Source: an uncultured virus (IMG/VR IMGVR_UViG_3300030101_002968) | Taxonomy: Duplodnaviria; Heunggongvirae; Uroviricota; Caudoviricetes | IMG/VR virus record: IMGVR_UViG_3300030101_002968 | Coordinates: 1 to 64,000 of that record | Length of the DNA stretch: 64,000 nt | Direction: 5' to 3' (one strand) | Shown: positions 48,410-59,644 of the stretch, in pieces | How the letters are laid out: each line of letters begins with the position of its first letter | Position numbering within the stretch: position 1 is the stretch's first letter | Notes under the pieces: model-generated | Seen by the model: only the letters and a program-made list of their open reading frames with translations | Told to the model about the DNA's origin: nothing | Databases searched by the model: none | Translations under genes and position numbers: made by a program

Positions 48410-51400
48410 TTATTAATTTTTTTAGTTCGTCAATTTGTTTTTGTTGTTCTTGCACAGCTTTTGTTAAGACAGCAACCATTTTAACGTAGTCAATACCTTT
48501 TGCTTTTTTGTCATCAAAAATTGTTTCAGACTCAGTAACTAGTTCTGGAATAACTTTTTCTACCTCTTGAGCTATAAAACCTAAACTATTTGCCTTATCT
48601 GCGTCAACTTCTTTTTTCCAAGCATAACTTACTGGCCTTAATTTCATAATAGCGTCAAGACCATAATTTAGATTTTTTATATTTTTCTTTAATCTTTTAT
48701 CTGACCAACCAGTGTAGTTAAGAACTTGTGTTCCTAAAGATCTAAATATACCACCATTTGTAAACTCAAACTTTCTATTACCATGGCTATTATTTCCAAC
48801 CGTTGCGTGGTCTGTTCTAATAGTTATAGCATCTGACTGGGTTGTGTAATCCATATACATACCTGTACCTCCTCTACCAATTCTTAAGTTTGTATTAAAA
48901 ATATCATCAGAAACAGCTACACCATTACTACTAACTGTAATGTTACTATGCGCAGTAACCGCAACACCGTCTTGTGTAACACTAATACCATTACCCGCGC
49001 CAACGTTTATTGCGACAACATTGTTACCTGTACCACCATTGCTTAGTAATCCACTACCAGCTAAAGCATCTACCATGTCTCCAACTAACATTTTGTGGGT
49101 AGTGTTACTATCTTCTGAATCTGTAATGGCTATATAACTATCGTGATTAAATAAACTAGTGGTTAAGTCGTTAGCAAGGCCTGCAATATTTAAATTAAAA
49201 TCTAAATCAAATTCATCAGTGCTACTACCAGTTGATATGTCAGTAAAGTTTATATTAATGCCATTACCACTACCTTCTTTAAACTTAAGATATTTTCCTT
49301 CTGTTATTGTTACCGCAGTTCCATCACCATCTTCAACAACAAAACCGAGGCCCATTGTGTTATTGTCTGTCCACGGCACGTTAACATAAGCTTTTTGACT
49401 AGATAGTTGTACTGCATAGTTTCTATTACTAGCGTTTGTAGAAAAACCTGTTTTAATACCACCCAACGCACTATTACTTGCTGCAGGCAATGTATAACCA
49501 CTACTAGAACCGGTGTAAGCTATACTTAGAGCACTACCATTTGTTCTAGTAACACTTATATCTGTTCCACCTGTAAATTCAATATCATCTGTTGTTCCAC
49601 CAGAAGCAGTTAATCGTAATTTTGTTGTATTGGTAGGAACGCTTACTGAATATGTTTGACCACCACCAGCGTTATTATCCACATAATCTACAACTGCAGC
49701 TGACGTAGGTATTGTAGTATCATTATCATTATTACCAATACCTTCTGATTCAGTTACAATTACAGCGGCAGTCATGTTTCCAATATCAATGTTAGTTATC
49801 GAATTACCAGTACCGTTAGCATCTATAGTTTTATTTGTAAACGTTTGTGTGTTACTAGCAGTTGTAGTACCTGTGTTTGTTGTATAACCAGCACCGTTTG
49901 TTATATTGTTATTATTAAGAGATATATCTCCTGAACCATCAAAAGATACTCCTGCAATATTTCTAGCTGTTTGTAACTTTGTTGCTGTTCCTGCGTTACC
50001 CGTAATAGTTGTTTGAACAACGTTTGGCGCAGAGTTTGTAATATTAATTTGTTTTCCAGATCGAGTTGCAGTTATACCTGTTCCTGCACCAAAAGTTACT
50101 GTATCTCCTTGCGCTATAGTTGCTGTGTTACTAGTACCAGTTGCAGCAAGTAAAAAATTTGACATTGTACCACCACCAGCACCTGCTACTTCATTGTCCA
50201 CATATGATTTAACCGCGTTTTGTGAGGGTACTAGCGTGTTTGATGTACCTAAACTAGTAGATGTGTCTGTAGCATGAACAGCTGATCCATTAATTTTTAA
50301 TCCATTAACAACGTCAAGACCATTTCCGTCCATAGTCATTTGAACTACATTACTAGCACCATCAGCTTTTGTTTGAAACTTCATTTTACCACTAGGGTTA
50401 CAAAATATACTAACTTCATCGTTATTTTCATTCATAAACCTCATGGTAGGTGATGCGCCTGTACCATCGTCTAATAAAAGAGAACCTGTAAAAGTTTTTG
50501 TTCCAGCTATAGTTTGAGAACCTGTTTTTTCAACAATTCCAGCAGCGTCTAAACTAGCAGCTCCAGTACCGCCTCGGTTAACTGCAAGTGTTGATGATAA
50601 AGTGGCAGCTGATCCAGTAGTATTCTGGTTCCAAGTAGGTACAGTACCAGTTAAATCGCTATAACCAACTTGCGTCCATTCAGGTTCTGTAGCAGTATTT
50701 GCCGCACCTCTTGATCTTAAAAATTTATTGTTACTTTCTGCGTTTCCACTTAATTTAGCATAACCACTTTCTCCGCCGTAAACTATATCACCTAAACTAA
50801 GACCACTTAAACTAGCTGCAGAGCCTGATGTATTTGAACTTATAGTTGTTGGTAAAAATGAAGCTCCTATAGTACCATTGTTTATATTACTAGCGTTTCT
50901 TTGGTCTACATTTGCAACATTACCTAAACCGACATCGCTACTAGTTAGTGTGTGCCATTGAGCTGTACCAGCACTACCAGCATACTGAAGAACTTGACCG
51001 GTTGCACCTGCAGCTGGAATATGTTTGTTACCAGCGTTTGTTGGGTGAACATAAGCATTAGCATTAGTATCAATAGTATCTAGTTTTGTACCATCAGTTT
51101 GTAAATCTCTACCATCTACTGTACCACTAGTTAATATATTACCATTTACATTAATTGGATGTGAAATTTTAAATTGAACAGCACTTGTGTCCCATAAAAT
51201 AGTGGCATCAGTTGAGCCGTTTACAGCATCTTGTATTGTAATACCAGCGCCATTAGCTGAAGAGGAAGAATCACTAGTGCTATAGTTTAATGTTATATTT
51301 TTATCTTGTACGTTTAAGTTTGTAGTATCTACTGTTACTGTAGTGCCGTTTACAGTTAAATTACCAGCTATTGTTACATCTGTACCAAACGTTGAAGTAC

Positions 51401-53477
51401 CACCAATTTGCAATACTGATTGAGTATAGTCTGTTTCGTGTGCGTTAAAATTATAATCAACACCTCCATTGTTAGTTCTTGTCAGTTTCATGTCAGAACT
51501 ACTGTCATTGAAGAACTGATAAACATCATCATCTCCGTTTATAAATCTTAGAGTAGGTGTATCACCATTACCATCGTCAAGCGTTAAATTTCCTTCCATT
51601 ACTTTAGCACCAGTAAACGTTTGAGATCCTGACAAGTGTGCTGTATCACTATCAAGATATGCAGAAGAAATAACACCACCGTTCCAAGTTGCACCAGTTA
51701 TATTTCCAGATATATCTGCATTACCGTTTATGTCTAAAGATCCAGCTGTTAGCGAATTACTACCAGCAGTAACATTGCCTGCAAAAGTTGCGTTTTGCGA
51801 AGTATCTATAGTTATTGCTGCTGTGTTATTTGATAAAACCTCAAGATTATGATTACTAGATGTACCAACCCTACCTACACTAGCACCCATTATTTTTGTT
51901 GTAGCACCACCGCTTTCAGCCGCTGAAATTGTTGCGTTTGATGCGGTTGCTGTTATATTACCAGACGTAGTTGTAGTCCCAGATATATCAGCGTTACCAT
52001 TTATATCTAGACTACCAGCTGTTAGTGAGTTAGAACCAACAGAAAGATTACCATATAAAGTATCACCTCCTTTATCTACAAAATATTCGGTCATACCTCT
52101 ACTGTCGTAGTTGTAAGCGTATATATTCATAACTCTAGGCCCGTTATTACCACTACGTTTACCTAAAGTAAATTTAACAGCGTTTATAGCAGTACCACCA
52201 TTTGCTATATAAGTGTGATAAAATGTAGATGCAGCACTACTATTTAAAGCTGTTGTATAACTTGAACCGTTATCAGTAGAATATTCTATAAGCATTGAAG
52301 AAGGTGCAAAGCTAGAAGCCCCAAAGCTAATACCAAACCTAGTGCCGTAATTAAAAGATCTAGGAAAATCTGTTAATTCTATACTCCATGTAGAACCTGT
52401 TATTTCAGCTTGACTAGCGTTAGCTGTACGAGCGCTTGGCTCAAACATTCTAGCGGTTTCATCACTTGTTGGATTAGCACTTAAACCACTGTAAGTAACA
52501 GTACCGCCTCTAGCTACAAAGTTAGCAAGATCATTAAATAAATAAGGGTGTATAACAGCAGTGTTGTCTTCTGGTGAGTGAGCTAATAAACTAGATTTTA
52601 TTTTCGGTTGAGGATCACTTACACTTCCTTGCTGATAAGATGTTCCAGTAGATATATCGCCTTGACTAGATGTAGTTAACTCAACAGCTGTTATAACACC
52701 AGAGTGTATTGTACCTATATTTTTTAAGTTTCTACTTAAATCTATAAACTGTGTATTAGTGCCATCACCTATATATAAACCATTTTCACTAGCAGTTGTG
52801 CTGTCTGATCTAAATCTAAATTCATTTCTATTTGCCCAAGCAGTATTGTTACCAGGAAAACCGTAAGCGTGAAAACCACTTTCAGCAGCAAAAACAACTG
52901 TTTCAGCAATAGTATTTAATTCAGTTTTTAAAGTATCTCCTACATCACCAGCTGTAATAAGAACCATATCATCATGACCAAGTTGTACTGCACCAAGTTG
53001 ACTTATTCTACTAAGTATTGTTTTTTCTGCACCGTTGTGATCAACTTTTAACAAAGGAACTTCAGTTGTATACTCATCTACATCACCTGCGGGTTCGTAA
53101 TCAAAAAGTATGTAACCATTTGCTGTTGTGAACGTAAGTTTATTATTTATTGTTGTAGCGCCTAAAGTCATTGTACCGCTAATACTTGGGCTTTCTAAAA
53201 CTAAGTTTGTGTTTGTACCGCCTAGTGTTAAGGTTCTTGTTGAACTAGAGTCTGCAAATATAGCCATATCTTGCTCAAACCTAATATCTACAGTATTTGT
53301 TCCATCACCAATAAACACATCATCACTACCATTACCTAAAAGTATATCACCAACATCATTGCTTATAACTAAATCATCACCTGTTTGTGATATTTTACCA
53401 GCATTAGCACCTGCAGTTGTTTTAAACTGTATATCGTTTGCCGCTTCTAAATTTATATTACTTAAAAATTTCGCCAT
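48393..53477 (-). CDS. Long tail fibre with C-terminal intramolecular chaperone (peptidase S74)
   Basis: Gly/Thr/Ser-rich repeats; SDKRLKKNI...LRPVSYAWK...GFIAQEVEKVIPELV followed by a coiled coil. Confidence 0.9.
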   Translation of the reverse strand: MAKFLSNINLEAANDIQFKTTAGANAGKISQTGDDLVISNDVGDILLGNGSDDVFIGDGTNTVDIRFEQDMAIFADSSSTRTLTLGGTNTNLVLESPSISGTMTLGATTINNKLTFTTANGYILFDYEPAGDVDEYTTEVPLLKVDHNGAEKTILSRISQLGAVQLGHDDMVLITAGDVGDTLKTELNTIAETVVFAAESGFHAYGFPGNNTAWANRNEFRFRSDSTTASENGLYIGDGTNTQFIDLSRNLKNIGTIHSGVITAVELTTSSQGDISTGTSYQQGSVSDPQPKIKSSLLAHSPEDNTAVIHPYLFNDLANFVARGGTVTYSGLSANPTSDETARMFEPSARTANASQAEITGSTWSIELTDFPRSFNYGTRFGISFGASSFAPSSMLIEYSTDNGSSYTTALNSSAASTFYHTYIANGGTAINAVKFTLGKRSGNNGPRVMNIYAYNYDSRGMTEYFVDKGGDTLYGNLSVGSNSLTAGSLDINGNADISGTTTTSGNITATASNATISAAESGGATTKIMGASVGRVGTSSNHNLEVLSNNTAAITIDTSQNATFAGNVTAGSNSLTAGSLDINGNADISGNITGATWNGGVISSAYLDSDTAHLSGSQTFTGAKVMEGNLTLDDGNGDTPTLRFINGDDDVYQFFNDSSSDMKLTRTNNGGVDYNFNAHETDYTQSVLQIGGTSTFGTDVTIAGNLTVNGTTVTVDTTNLNVQDKNITLNYSTSDSSSSANGAGITIQDAVNGSTDATILWDTSAVQFKISHPINVNGNILTSGTVDGRDLQTDGTKLDTIDTNANAYVHPTNAGNKHIPAAGATGQVLQYAGSAGTAQWHTLTSSDVGLGNVANVDQRNASNINNGTIGASFLPTTISSNTSGSAASLSGLSLGDIVYGGESGYAKLSGNAESNNKFLRSRGAANTATEPEWTQVGYSDLTGTVPTWNQNTTGSAATLSSTLAVNRGGTGAASLDAAGIVEKTGSQTIAGTKTFTGSLLLDDGTGASPTMRFMNENNDEVSIFCNPSGKMKFQTKADGASNVVQMTMDGNGLDVVNGLKINGSAVHATDTSTSLGTSNTLVPSQNAVKSYVDNEVAGAGGGTMSNFLLAATGTSNTATIAQGDTVTFGAGTGITATRSGKQINITNSAPNVVQTTITGNAGTATKLQTARNIAGVSFDGSGDISLNNNNITNGAGYTTNTGTTTASNTQTFTNKTIDANGTGNSITNIDIGNMTAAVIVTESEGIGNNDNDTTIPTSAAVVDYVDNNAGGGQTYSVSVPTNTTKLRLTASGGTTDDIEFTGGTDISVTRTNGSALSIAYTGSSSGYTLPAASNSALGGIKTGFSTNASNRNYAVQLSSQKAYVNVPWTDNNTMGLGFVVEDGDGTAVTITEGKYLKFKEGSGNGININFTDISTGSSTDEFDLDFNLNIAGLANDLTTSLFNHDSYIAITDSEDSNTTHKMLVGDMVDALAGSGLLSNGGTGNNVVAINVGAGNGISVTQDGVAVTAHSNITVSSNGVAVSDDIFNTNLRIGRGGTGMYMDYTTQSDAITIRTDHATVGNNSHGNRKFEFTNGGIFRSLGTQVLNYTGWSDKRLKKNIKNLNYGLDAIMKLRPVSYAWKKEVDADKANSLGFIAQEVEKVIPELVTESETIFDDKKAKGIDYVKMVAVLTKAVQEQQKQIDELKKLINGNSS

Positions 53478-53486
53478 ATTTATATT

Positions 53487-56285
53487 TTATAATCTTCCTG
53501 ATATTCTTTTTTTACCTAAACTAAAGTTTGCTGATGGTCTTACTGTTACCTTTGCAAAGCCTTTTGGCCACAAATGCGGACCACCTGATGGCGCTTTAGA
53601 CATAGCCACATGTATATCTTCAGCTTCCCAACCTTCGTGAACTAAATCGTGGTCTTGAAGATAATAACCAAACTTTAAATTATAACTTCTATACTGCGGT
53701 TGTACTGTTATTATTTTTGTTTCAAAAGCGCCTATAGCACTTGTAGTGTGTTGTTCGTATTCTATAAAGCCATTACGTAGTTTTCCTTGTGCATCTGTGC
53801 TGTTTAAAAAATCTGCTGTTTCATCTGAATCGTTTAAATCTAGCTCATCATTATAAAACTGATGAAGATTTGAGTTTATATCATATGTATTAGCACCAAA
53901 AGTTTGATTATGAGCATAACAAGCTATTATATAAGGAGGTGATGATGAATCAATACCTCTACTTGTTCCGTCCCACTCTGTTTCATTTATTCTAATAGTA
54001 GATTTTATTTTAACAGTACAGTTTGCAGGTACTTGAAGCAAACCTGTTGCTATTGGATTACCACTCCAAGAAGAAGAATACAAATCTCTAGCTCTTCCTT
54101 TTAAACCGTGAAACCTTGTTATATTATAGTATATTTTTATTTTTTCTTGTTCTTTAAAATTATGCTCGTCAAAACAAACATAAGATTTCCAACCAGTTCC
54201 ACTGCTTCCTCTTAAAGAATTATGTGAACTTGCATGGTTCTGTAAAGTGTTAGGGTATCTTACACCAGTACCAGTTCTATATATACTAGACGTAGCATCC
54301 CAGTCATTAGGGTATATTTTAGAATCACACACATATATACTACTATTACTATCAGCTATGTACGTTGCTTGACCATATCTATTAGCAAAAAACCTTCTAT
54401 AGTTAGGATATATTGAAATACCACCAAAATAAAAAGCATAACTACGTTGGTTTTCACTTCTTAAATACATTGTGTGAGTAGAGTCATTTTGTCTACCAAG
54501 ATTATATAACAAATAACCATAGTCTTCAGCTCCATAACCTTGTATATAAGAAATTTCATTAGAAAATTGATAAGCACCACCAATTTCAAAACTACAATAA
54601 TTAGAGTGAGCTATAATATGTCCATGTGATTTTATATAGTATTGCGAGCTCCAGTGCCACATACCTCTACCACTACCAACTATAATATGGTTTCTGTTAA
54701 CCATACCATAAGGGTGTCTTACAGTAATACTAGGATAATCATTACCGTCTCGGTTATCATTACTAGTTAAATTATAAGCAGTGTAACTACAACCATCTAA
54801 ATAGTTTTCGCCTGTTTGACTAACACCGTTTGTATTGTGTATTGTATTGCTGCTTGCAGAGCTTCCATCTATAGCTTTGTTATAATAACCATTGTAACCA
54901 GCTATGTTTACACCTGATCTAAAATTTGTAGTATCATTGGTATTGTAACCTAAACCTACAAACTCTACGTATTTTATTTTAACTCTTCTTGTTGGCGCAT
55001 TGTTCCAACCAGTGCTTGTCCAGTATTTAACGTTAAAAAACACTCTTGCTGTGTCTTGATCTCCATCAGCTACATCATTACCGCTAGTATCACAAGCTTT
55101 AATAACAACATCTCTTGTCATTTTTACAACAGGTCCACCAACTTCACCATTAAAAAGTATATCTCTATCAACTGTTATTGTTTTAGCACTTGCATCAATA
55201 CTTGATATTGTGTATATAGCTTTAAGCCTCCATATACCTTCGTTACCACCTAAGTTTGTAGCTCCAAATCCGCTAGTGCTATAATAATAACTAACAAGGT
55301 TTCCAGCTCCTGGGTTTGCAAAACTTATGTGTATATAAACTGTGTCTCCAACAGAAAAATCAGTTACATCGTTAAGTGTAATGGTTCTAACACCAGTACC
55401 ACCTGTATAAGCAGTTGCTACTGCACTTGATAGTCTTCTACAAAACTGACCGTTTTCATGATATTTTTCTGTACCGGTTTCATACACTTTTACACCAACT
55501 AAAGAAGGATTGTTATCTACTGAACTACCAAAAGTTATAACATTTTCAGTTATATCTGTAACATCTAATACGTTTCTATTATCACCAGTACCAAATATTA
55601 ATTTATAACCAACTCTAAAAACACTAGCATCGTCAACTGTTATTGTACTACCGCTAACTGACTGTATCGTTGCTTCAGGACTAACATATCTTTTAACATA
55701 AATTCTATTGTTTGAAGTGTCTACATCGTGAACAAAAAAGCATTCATCATTAACCAATGTATAATCACACTCTCTTGTATAAAGCGATATTCTATCGTTG
55801 ATAGCAAAGTTTGCTGCTGATGTTACGGTAATATAATCAGCATTAGGAGCTTGATTACCATTAACAGTTGTTACTAACGTTGGTTCGCCACCATCTATTT
55901 GTACACCACACCATTTTCTAGCATCAACTTGTATACCGTGTTGAGCAGAGTTATCACCTGATATTTTAATTTCAGTGCCACCAACCATACTAAGCAAAGA
56001 GCCTGACGTGCTACTACCTTCAACAAACTCACCAGCATCATTATTAGAGTTGCTAGTATTTTTTACAGTCATACGACCGTGTAAGTGCATTTTACCACCA
56101 TTAGCAAAATGTAAGTTACCATCAATAGTAACATCACCAGTCCTTGTAGACTGTATATTTGTACTTAGTGTAACTTTGTGGCCGTGGGCAATAACTACTA
56201 AATCATCAGCCGCAGGTACTGATCCACCAACCCAAGTGCCGGTGTCATGCCAATTACCTGTTTGTGTACTAGTTATCGTCGCCAT
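53487..56285 (-). CDS. G8-domain/beta-helix-like tail spike or receptor-binding protein
   Basis: N-terminal TGNWHDTGTWVGGSVP...DLVVIAHGHKVTL; Tyr/Gly-rich beta-helix-like C-terminal half. Confidence 0.65.
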   Translation of the reverse strand: MATITSTQTGNWHDTGTWVGGSVPAADDLVVIAHGHKVTLSTNIQSTRTGDVTIDGNLHFANGGKMHLHGRMTVKNTSNSNNDAGEFVEGSSTSGSLLSMVGGTEIKISGDNSAQHGIQVDARKWCGVQIDGGEPTLVTTVNGNQAPNADYITVTSAANFAINDRISLYTRECDYTLVNDECFFVHDVDTSNNRIYVKRYVSPEATIQSVSGSTITVDDASVFRVGYKLIFGTGDNRNVLDVTDITENVITFGSSVDNNPSLVGVKVYETGTEKYHENGQFCRRLSSAVATAYTGGTGVRTITLNDVTDFSVGDTVYIHISFANPGAGNLVSYYYSTSGFGATNLGGNEGIWRLKAIYTISSIDASAKTITVDRDILFNGEVGGPVVKMTRDVVIKACDTSGNDVADGDQDTARVFFNVKYWTSTGWNNAPTRRVKIKYVEFVGLGYNTNDTTNFRSGVNIAGYNGYYNKAIDGSSASSNTIHNTNGVSQTGENYLDGCSYTAYNLTSNDNRDGNDYPSITVRHPYGMVNRNHIIVGSGRGMWHWSSQYYIKSHGHIIAHSNYCSFEIGGAYQFSNEISYIQGYGAEDYGYLLYNLGRQNDSTHTMYLRSENQRSYAFYFGGISIYPNYRRFFANRYGQATYIADSNSSIYVCDSKIYPNDWDATSSIYRTGTGVRYPNTLQNHASSHNSLRGSSGTGWKSYVCFDEHNFKEQEKIKIYYNITRFHGLKGRARDLYSSSWSGNPIATGLLQVPANCTVKIKSTIRINETEWDGTSRGIDSSSPPYIIACYAHNQTFGANTYDINSNLHQFYNDELDLNDSDETADFLNSTDAQGKLRNGFIEYEQHTTSAIGAFETKIITVQPQYRSYNLKFGYYLQDHDLVHEGWEAEDIHVAMSKAPSGGPHLWPKGFAKVTVRPSANFSLGKKRISGRL

Positions 56286-56457
56286 TTAATACTTCGTTAA
56301 ATTGTTCTTGGTACTGAGAAACATCTAATGCTATTTCAAAAGACAGAGAGTTACTATCATCAACAACAGTATCGTTGTTAATAACAGCAACTATCTCTTC
56401 ATCTTTTGTTAAATTTATCTTATTAGTTGTTTTATCGTACTCGATTTTTATTATCAT
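56269..56457 (-). CDS. Hypothetical protein
   Basis: 62-aa ORF between tail genes. Confidence 0.6.
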   Translation of the reverse strand: MIIKIEYDKTTNKINLTKDEEIVAVINNDTVVDDSNSLSFEIALDVSQYQEQFNEVLNGDDN

Positions 56458-56480
56458 TTAATTTTATTTTGCTATACACA

Positions 56481-58445
56481 CTATGCCATTCTTGTAATCA
56501 TTGCTCTGTAAGCTCCGTTTGCAACATCTGATCCAAATATTACTTTAATAGTTGTGTCAGAAGGTCTTGTTACATCTACATAAACAGTGTCATAGTTACC
56601 ACTGTCTTGAACAACTTCAACTTTATAGAATCTACTAGCACCCATACCATGAGTAATTGTCCACTGTGCAGAGTCTGTAGAGTTGCTACTGTTTTCATTT
56701 GTAACACCACCAGCGCCGTGTGTTAATTCAACAACTTTAACAGCACCAACTGCACCAGCTGTAATACCAGCGGCAGTACCAGTAGTATTTTGATCACCAG
56801 CAGAGTTTACACCAGGTAAATTAATATTAGCAGAACCATCAAATGTTACACCACCAATGGTAACTGCAGCAGCAAGTTTTGTTGCTGTAGCAGCATTACC
56901 TGTACATGATCCAGAAGAACCTGTTACGGTTGTTTGAACAACGTTTGGTGAGGTGTTAGTAAAAGTTACTGTACCATCGGCAGTAGTTTCTGTACTAATA
57001 CCTGTACCACCTGTGAAAGTTAACGTTTCGTTATGCGCTATTACTGTGCTATTAGTGTTTGTATCTACACCAATGTTAAACGTTGTTAACTGATTTGTGT
57101 TAGGAATAAATGTTAGGTTGCTTTGCATGTAAGACTCTAGATTTGCTACAGTCATGCTCTTGTTAGTTCCACCAGCACCATCATCAACAATTAATAAGTC
57201 AGTAGATTCTGGAGCTGCACCTAAAGCAGTACCACCGTCAATATCAAGATTTGATAATGCTACAGTACCAGTAAAAGATGTTGCTTCTAGAGCTTTGTTA
57301 AATACAAACTTATCACCACTACTTCTATATAGTAAAGTTGCAGCTGCACCAGCAACAGTAAGACCAGCATTATCTGCGGCTGCGGCGCTTCCAGCACCTT
57401 TAGCTACTGTTATGTTTAGATCTTCAACCTCTAACGTTGCAACGTCTAAAGTTGTTGTAGCTCCTGATACTAGTAAGTCTCCATTAACTGTTAAATCACC
57501 AGATATTGTTGTATCTACACTTGTAGCATTACCAATTGTAACGCTCGTATCTATCTGACCTAGTCTTGTTTCAAGATTAGTAACACTTACATCAACGTCT
57601 GTATTTGCAATTGTAGTATCAGACCAAGGTACGTTAACTACAAGGTTATCAGCATCGTCAGTTTCAACCTGGTATAATCTATTTGAAGTTGTTGTTATTG
57701 ATTGAGGTGCTTGAGTTGTTCCAGTAGCACCAACGTTTACGTTAAGTGTATTACCACTTAATGACATACCAGTACCAGCGTCTCTTTGTGTGTTTGTATT
57801 AGTTACTTTAGCGTCGTTTAGCGCTACTCTGTTTTCTAGTTTACCAAATGCTGTTATTATAGTATCGGTAGCAGCAAGTGTTCCACCTGACCCTGTATTT
57901 AGTCCAGTTAGCACTTTACCAATAACACCAGCGTTATTAAGTTGAGTGTTAGTATCAGTAGATGTTATAGTTACGACACCAGCATTTTCAGCTAATGTTA
58001 CGTTTGTACCTCCAATTAATTTCAACTCTTCAGTAGAGCCCATTGTTTCGTTAGCAGTACCATCGTTGGTTGTATCAACTTTTATAGTTCTAAAAGTATT
58101 GGTGTTAGTGTTAACCCAAGGCACGTTAACAACCATCTTGTCGTTTTCAGTTAGTTGAACTCCATACCATCTACTAGCTGTAGCTGTAATCGCGTTAACA
58201 CCAGATTCGGTTACATCAGTGTCAGAAAATATTTTTACTATACCAGCGTCACTTGTTGTCGCTATATCGTTGTCGCCAAGAGTAAAAAAATCACTATTAC
58301 CACTTCCTGTGTAAACTCTTACAGAATTACTAGTATCGTGATAATGTATAATACCTTTGGCCTGTGTAGGTGAATCAGTAATTTCTAACTTTGTATTTAG
58401 AAGCTGATTACCGTTAAGATTTAAATGATTTAAAAATTTAGGCAT
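56481..58445 (-). CDS. Tail fibre protein
   Basis: VNVPW repeats, GDLTVNGDL, VEDLNIT and TGNAATATKL...FDGSANI fibre motifs. Confidence 0.85.
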   Translation of the reverse strand: MPKFLNHLNLNGNQLLNTKLEITDSPTQAKGIIHYHDTSNSVRVYTGSGNSDFFTLGDNDIATTSDAGIVKIFSDTDVTESGVNAITATASRWYGVQLTENDKMVVNVPWVNTNTNTFRTIKVDTTNDGTANETMGSTEELKLIGGTNVTLAENAGVVTITSTDTNTQLNNAGVIGKVLTGLNTGSGGTLAATDTIITAFGKLENRVALNDAKVTNTNTQRDAGTGMSLSGNTLNVNVGATGTTQAPQSITTTSNRLYQVETDDADNLVVNVPWSDTTIANTDVDVSVTNLETRLGQIDTSVTIGNATSVDTTISGDLTVNGDLLVSGATTTLDVATLEVEDLNITVAKGAGSAAAADNAGLTVAGAAATLLYRSSGDKFVFNKALEATSFTGTVALSNLDIDGGTALGAAPESTDLLIVDDGAGGTNKSMTVANLESYMQSNLTFIPNTNQLTTFNIGVDTNTNSTVIAHNETLTFTGGTGISTETTADGTVTFTNTSPNVVQTTVTGSSGSCTGNAATATKLAAAVTIGGVTFDGSANINLPGVNSAGDQNTTGTAAGITAGAVGAVKVVELTHGAGGVTNENSSNSTDSAQWTITHGMGASRFYKVEVVQDSGNYDTVYVDVTRPSDTTIKVIFGSDVANGAYRAMITRMA

Positions 58446-58464
58446 TGTTTTTTGTTTTTGTTAG

Positions 58465-59166
58465 TTAGTTTAAATATGCAAATCCTGAAACTGCTCCAGA
58501 AAATGATATTGTTAAATTGTTTTTATCTGTATGTGAAACATCAGCTTCTACCTGTTCACCAGCAGCAGTAGTTATCATCACTGAAGGAAACTTGTTAAGG
58601 TTATGTGCGATTGTCCACGTCGCGGCGCCAGTGTTTTGTAAAAAAGTAAAATCCTTATCTTGAGCGCCAGCGAAAAGGACTACCATATAATTAAACTCAT
58701 TAGTAAGATTTCCATTGCCACTTTTGTATATAAGTGTTAAATCAAAAAAATCTGTTTCTGAGCTATCTTGTACAACAGCTGTGCATGTATAAACACCATA
58801 GTTATTAGTGTTTTTAATATCAGCTATTAAAATTTCTTTATCTACAAACTCTGTGTAAAAGTTTTGTAGTGTGTTATTACCACCATGTTTAAACTTGCTT
58901 AACTTTATAGTAGTTACAGATGAGAAAGCAAAGTTAGTGTTAGGTGTATTTATTGTTATACTACCAGAAGGTCTAGAACCACTGTAAGCATTGTTAAAAT
59001 ATCTATATGGTATTTGACCACTTATACCTATAGCGCCAGTAAAGGAATAATGCGTAGCAATATCACCTAGTGTAAAATTCTTTACCTCTCCAGTTGGTGA
59101 ACTACCAAGCATTTTATCTGTATTCTCTGGAGTAGAGTCTACAGCATAAGTTCCTATTCTAGCCAT
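58465..59166 (-). CDS. Tail-associated structural protein
   Basis: C-terminal WTIAHNLNKFPSV...SGFAYLN module typical of fibre-associated proteins. Confidence 0.65.
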   Translation of the reverse strand: MARIGTYAVDSTPENTDKMLGSSPTGEVKNFTLGDIATHYSFTGAIGISGQIPYRYFNNAYSGSRPSGSITINTPNTNFAFSSVTTIKLSKFKHGGNNTLQNFYTEFVDKEILIADIKNTNNYGVYTCTAVVQDSSETDFFDLTLIYKSGNGNLTNEFNYMVVLFAGAQDKDFTFLQNTGAATWTIAHNLNKFPSVMITTAAGEQVEADVSHTDKNNLTISFSGAVSGFAYLN

Positions 59167-59553
59167 TTATTTTTTTACTTTTTCAAGAGATCGACCGCCA
59201 AAGTAAGCACCGATCACAGTTATTAATACTAATTGTAATAAATCAGTCCATTTGTCTTGTACTTGAAAACTTAAAACACCAGCATCAATAAATATTAGTA
59301 ATACAGTTGCTACTACTAAAAACACTAATACTAGCGGTCTTATATTTTTACTAAGCCACGAGTCAGACTGCATGTCCATTTTCCATCTTTGAGTTATTTG
59401 CTTTTGCATTTCAGCCTCATAACCCATTATCATATCTTTTATTTTAGCCTGTGCTTCGAGTTTTTCTTGTTTAGTCGTGGTGAGGTTATCTAAAACCCCA
59501 CCCACGCTATTAACAAGATTAGCTGCACCTGCAGATAATAATTTATTTATCAT
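59167..59553 (-). CDS. Holin (3TM/GTA-type)
   Basis: RWKMDMQSDSWLSKNIRPL, two TM segments and AYFGGRSLEK. Confidence 0.8.
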   Translation of the reverse strand: MINKLLSAGAANLVNSVGGVLDNLTTTKQEKLEAQAKIKDMIMGYEAEMQKQITQRWKMDMQSDSWLSKNIRPLVLVFLVVATVLLIFIDAGVLSFQVQDKWTDLLQLVLITVIGAYFGGRSLEKVKK

Positions 59554-59640
59554 TTATTTTTTCTTCTTTTTCTTTTTCATCATTTTGCTTTTCATTCCTC
59601 CACTTTTTGTTTTGGACTTTTTTCCTTTTGCGTATGGCAT
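59554..59640 (-). CDS. 28-aa Lys-rich peptide (MPYAKGKKSKTKSGGMKSKMMKKKKKKK)
   Basis: Fills the gap between flanking genes; poly-Lys encoded by mixed AAA/AAG codons. Confidence 0.6.
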   Translation of the reverse strand: MPYAKGKKSKTKSGGMKSKMMKKKKKKK

Positions 59641-59644
59641 AATT

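Noticed and set aside
47285..58445. Diversity-generating retroelement acting on tail fibres
   Set aside because: No reverse transcriptase is present, and repeat copies differ at synonymous positions rather than specifically at adenines.
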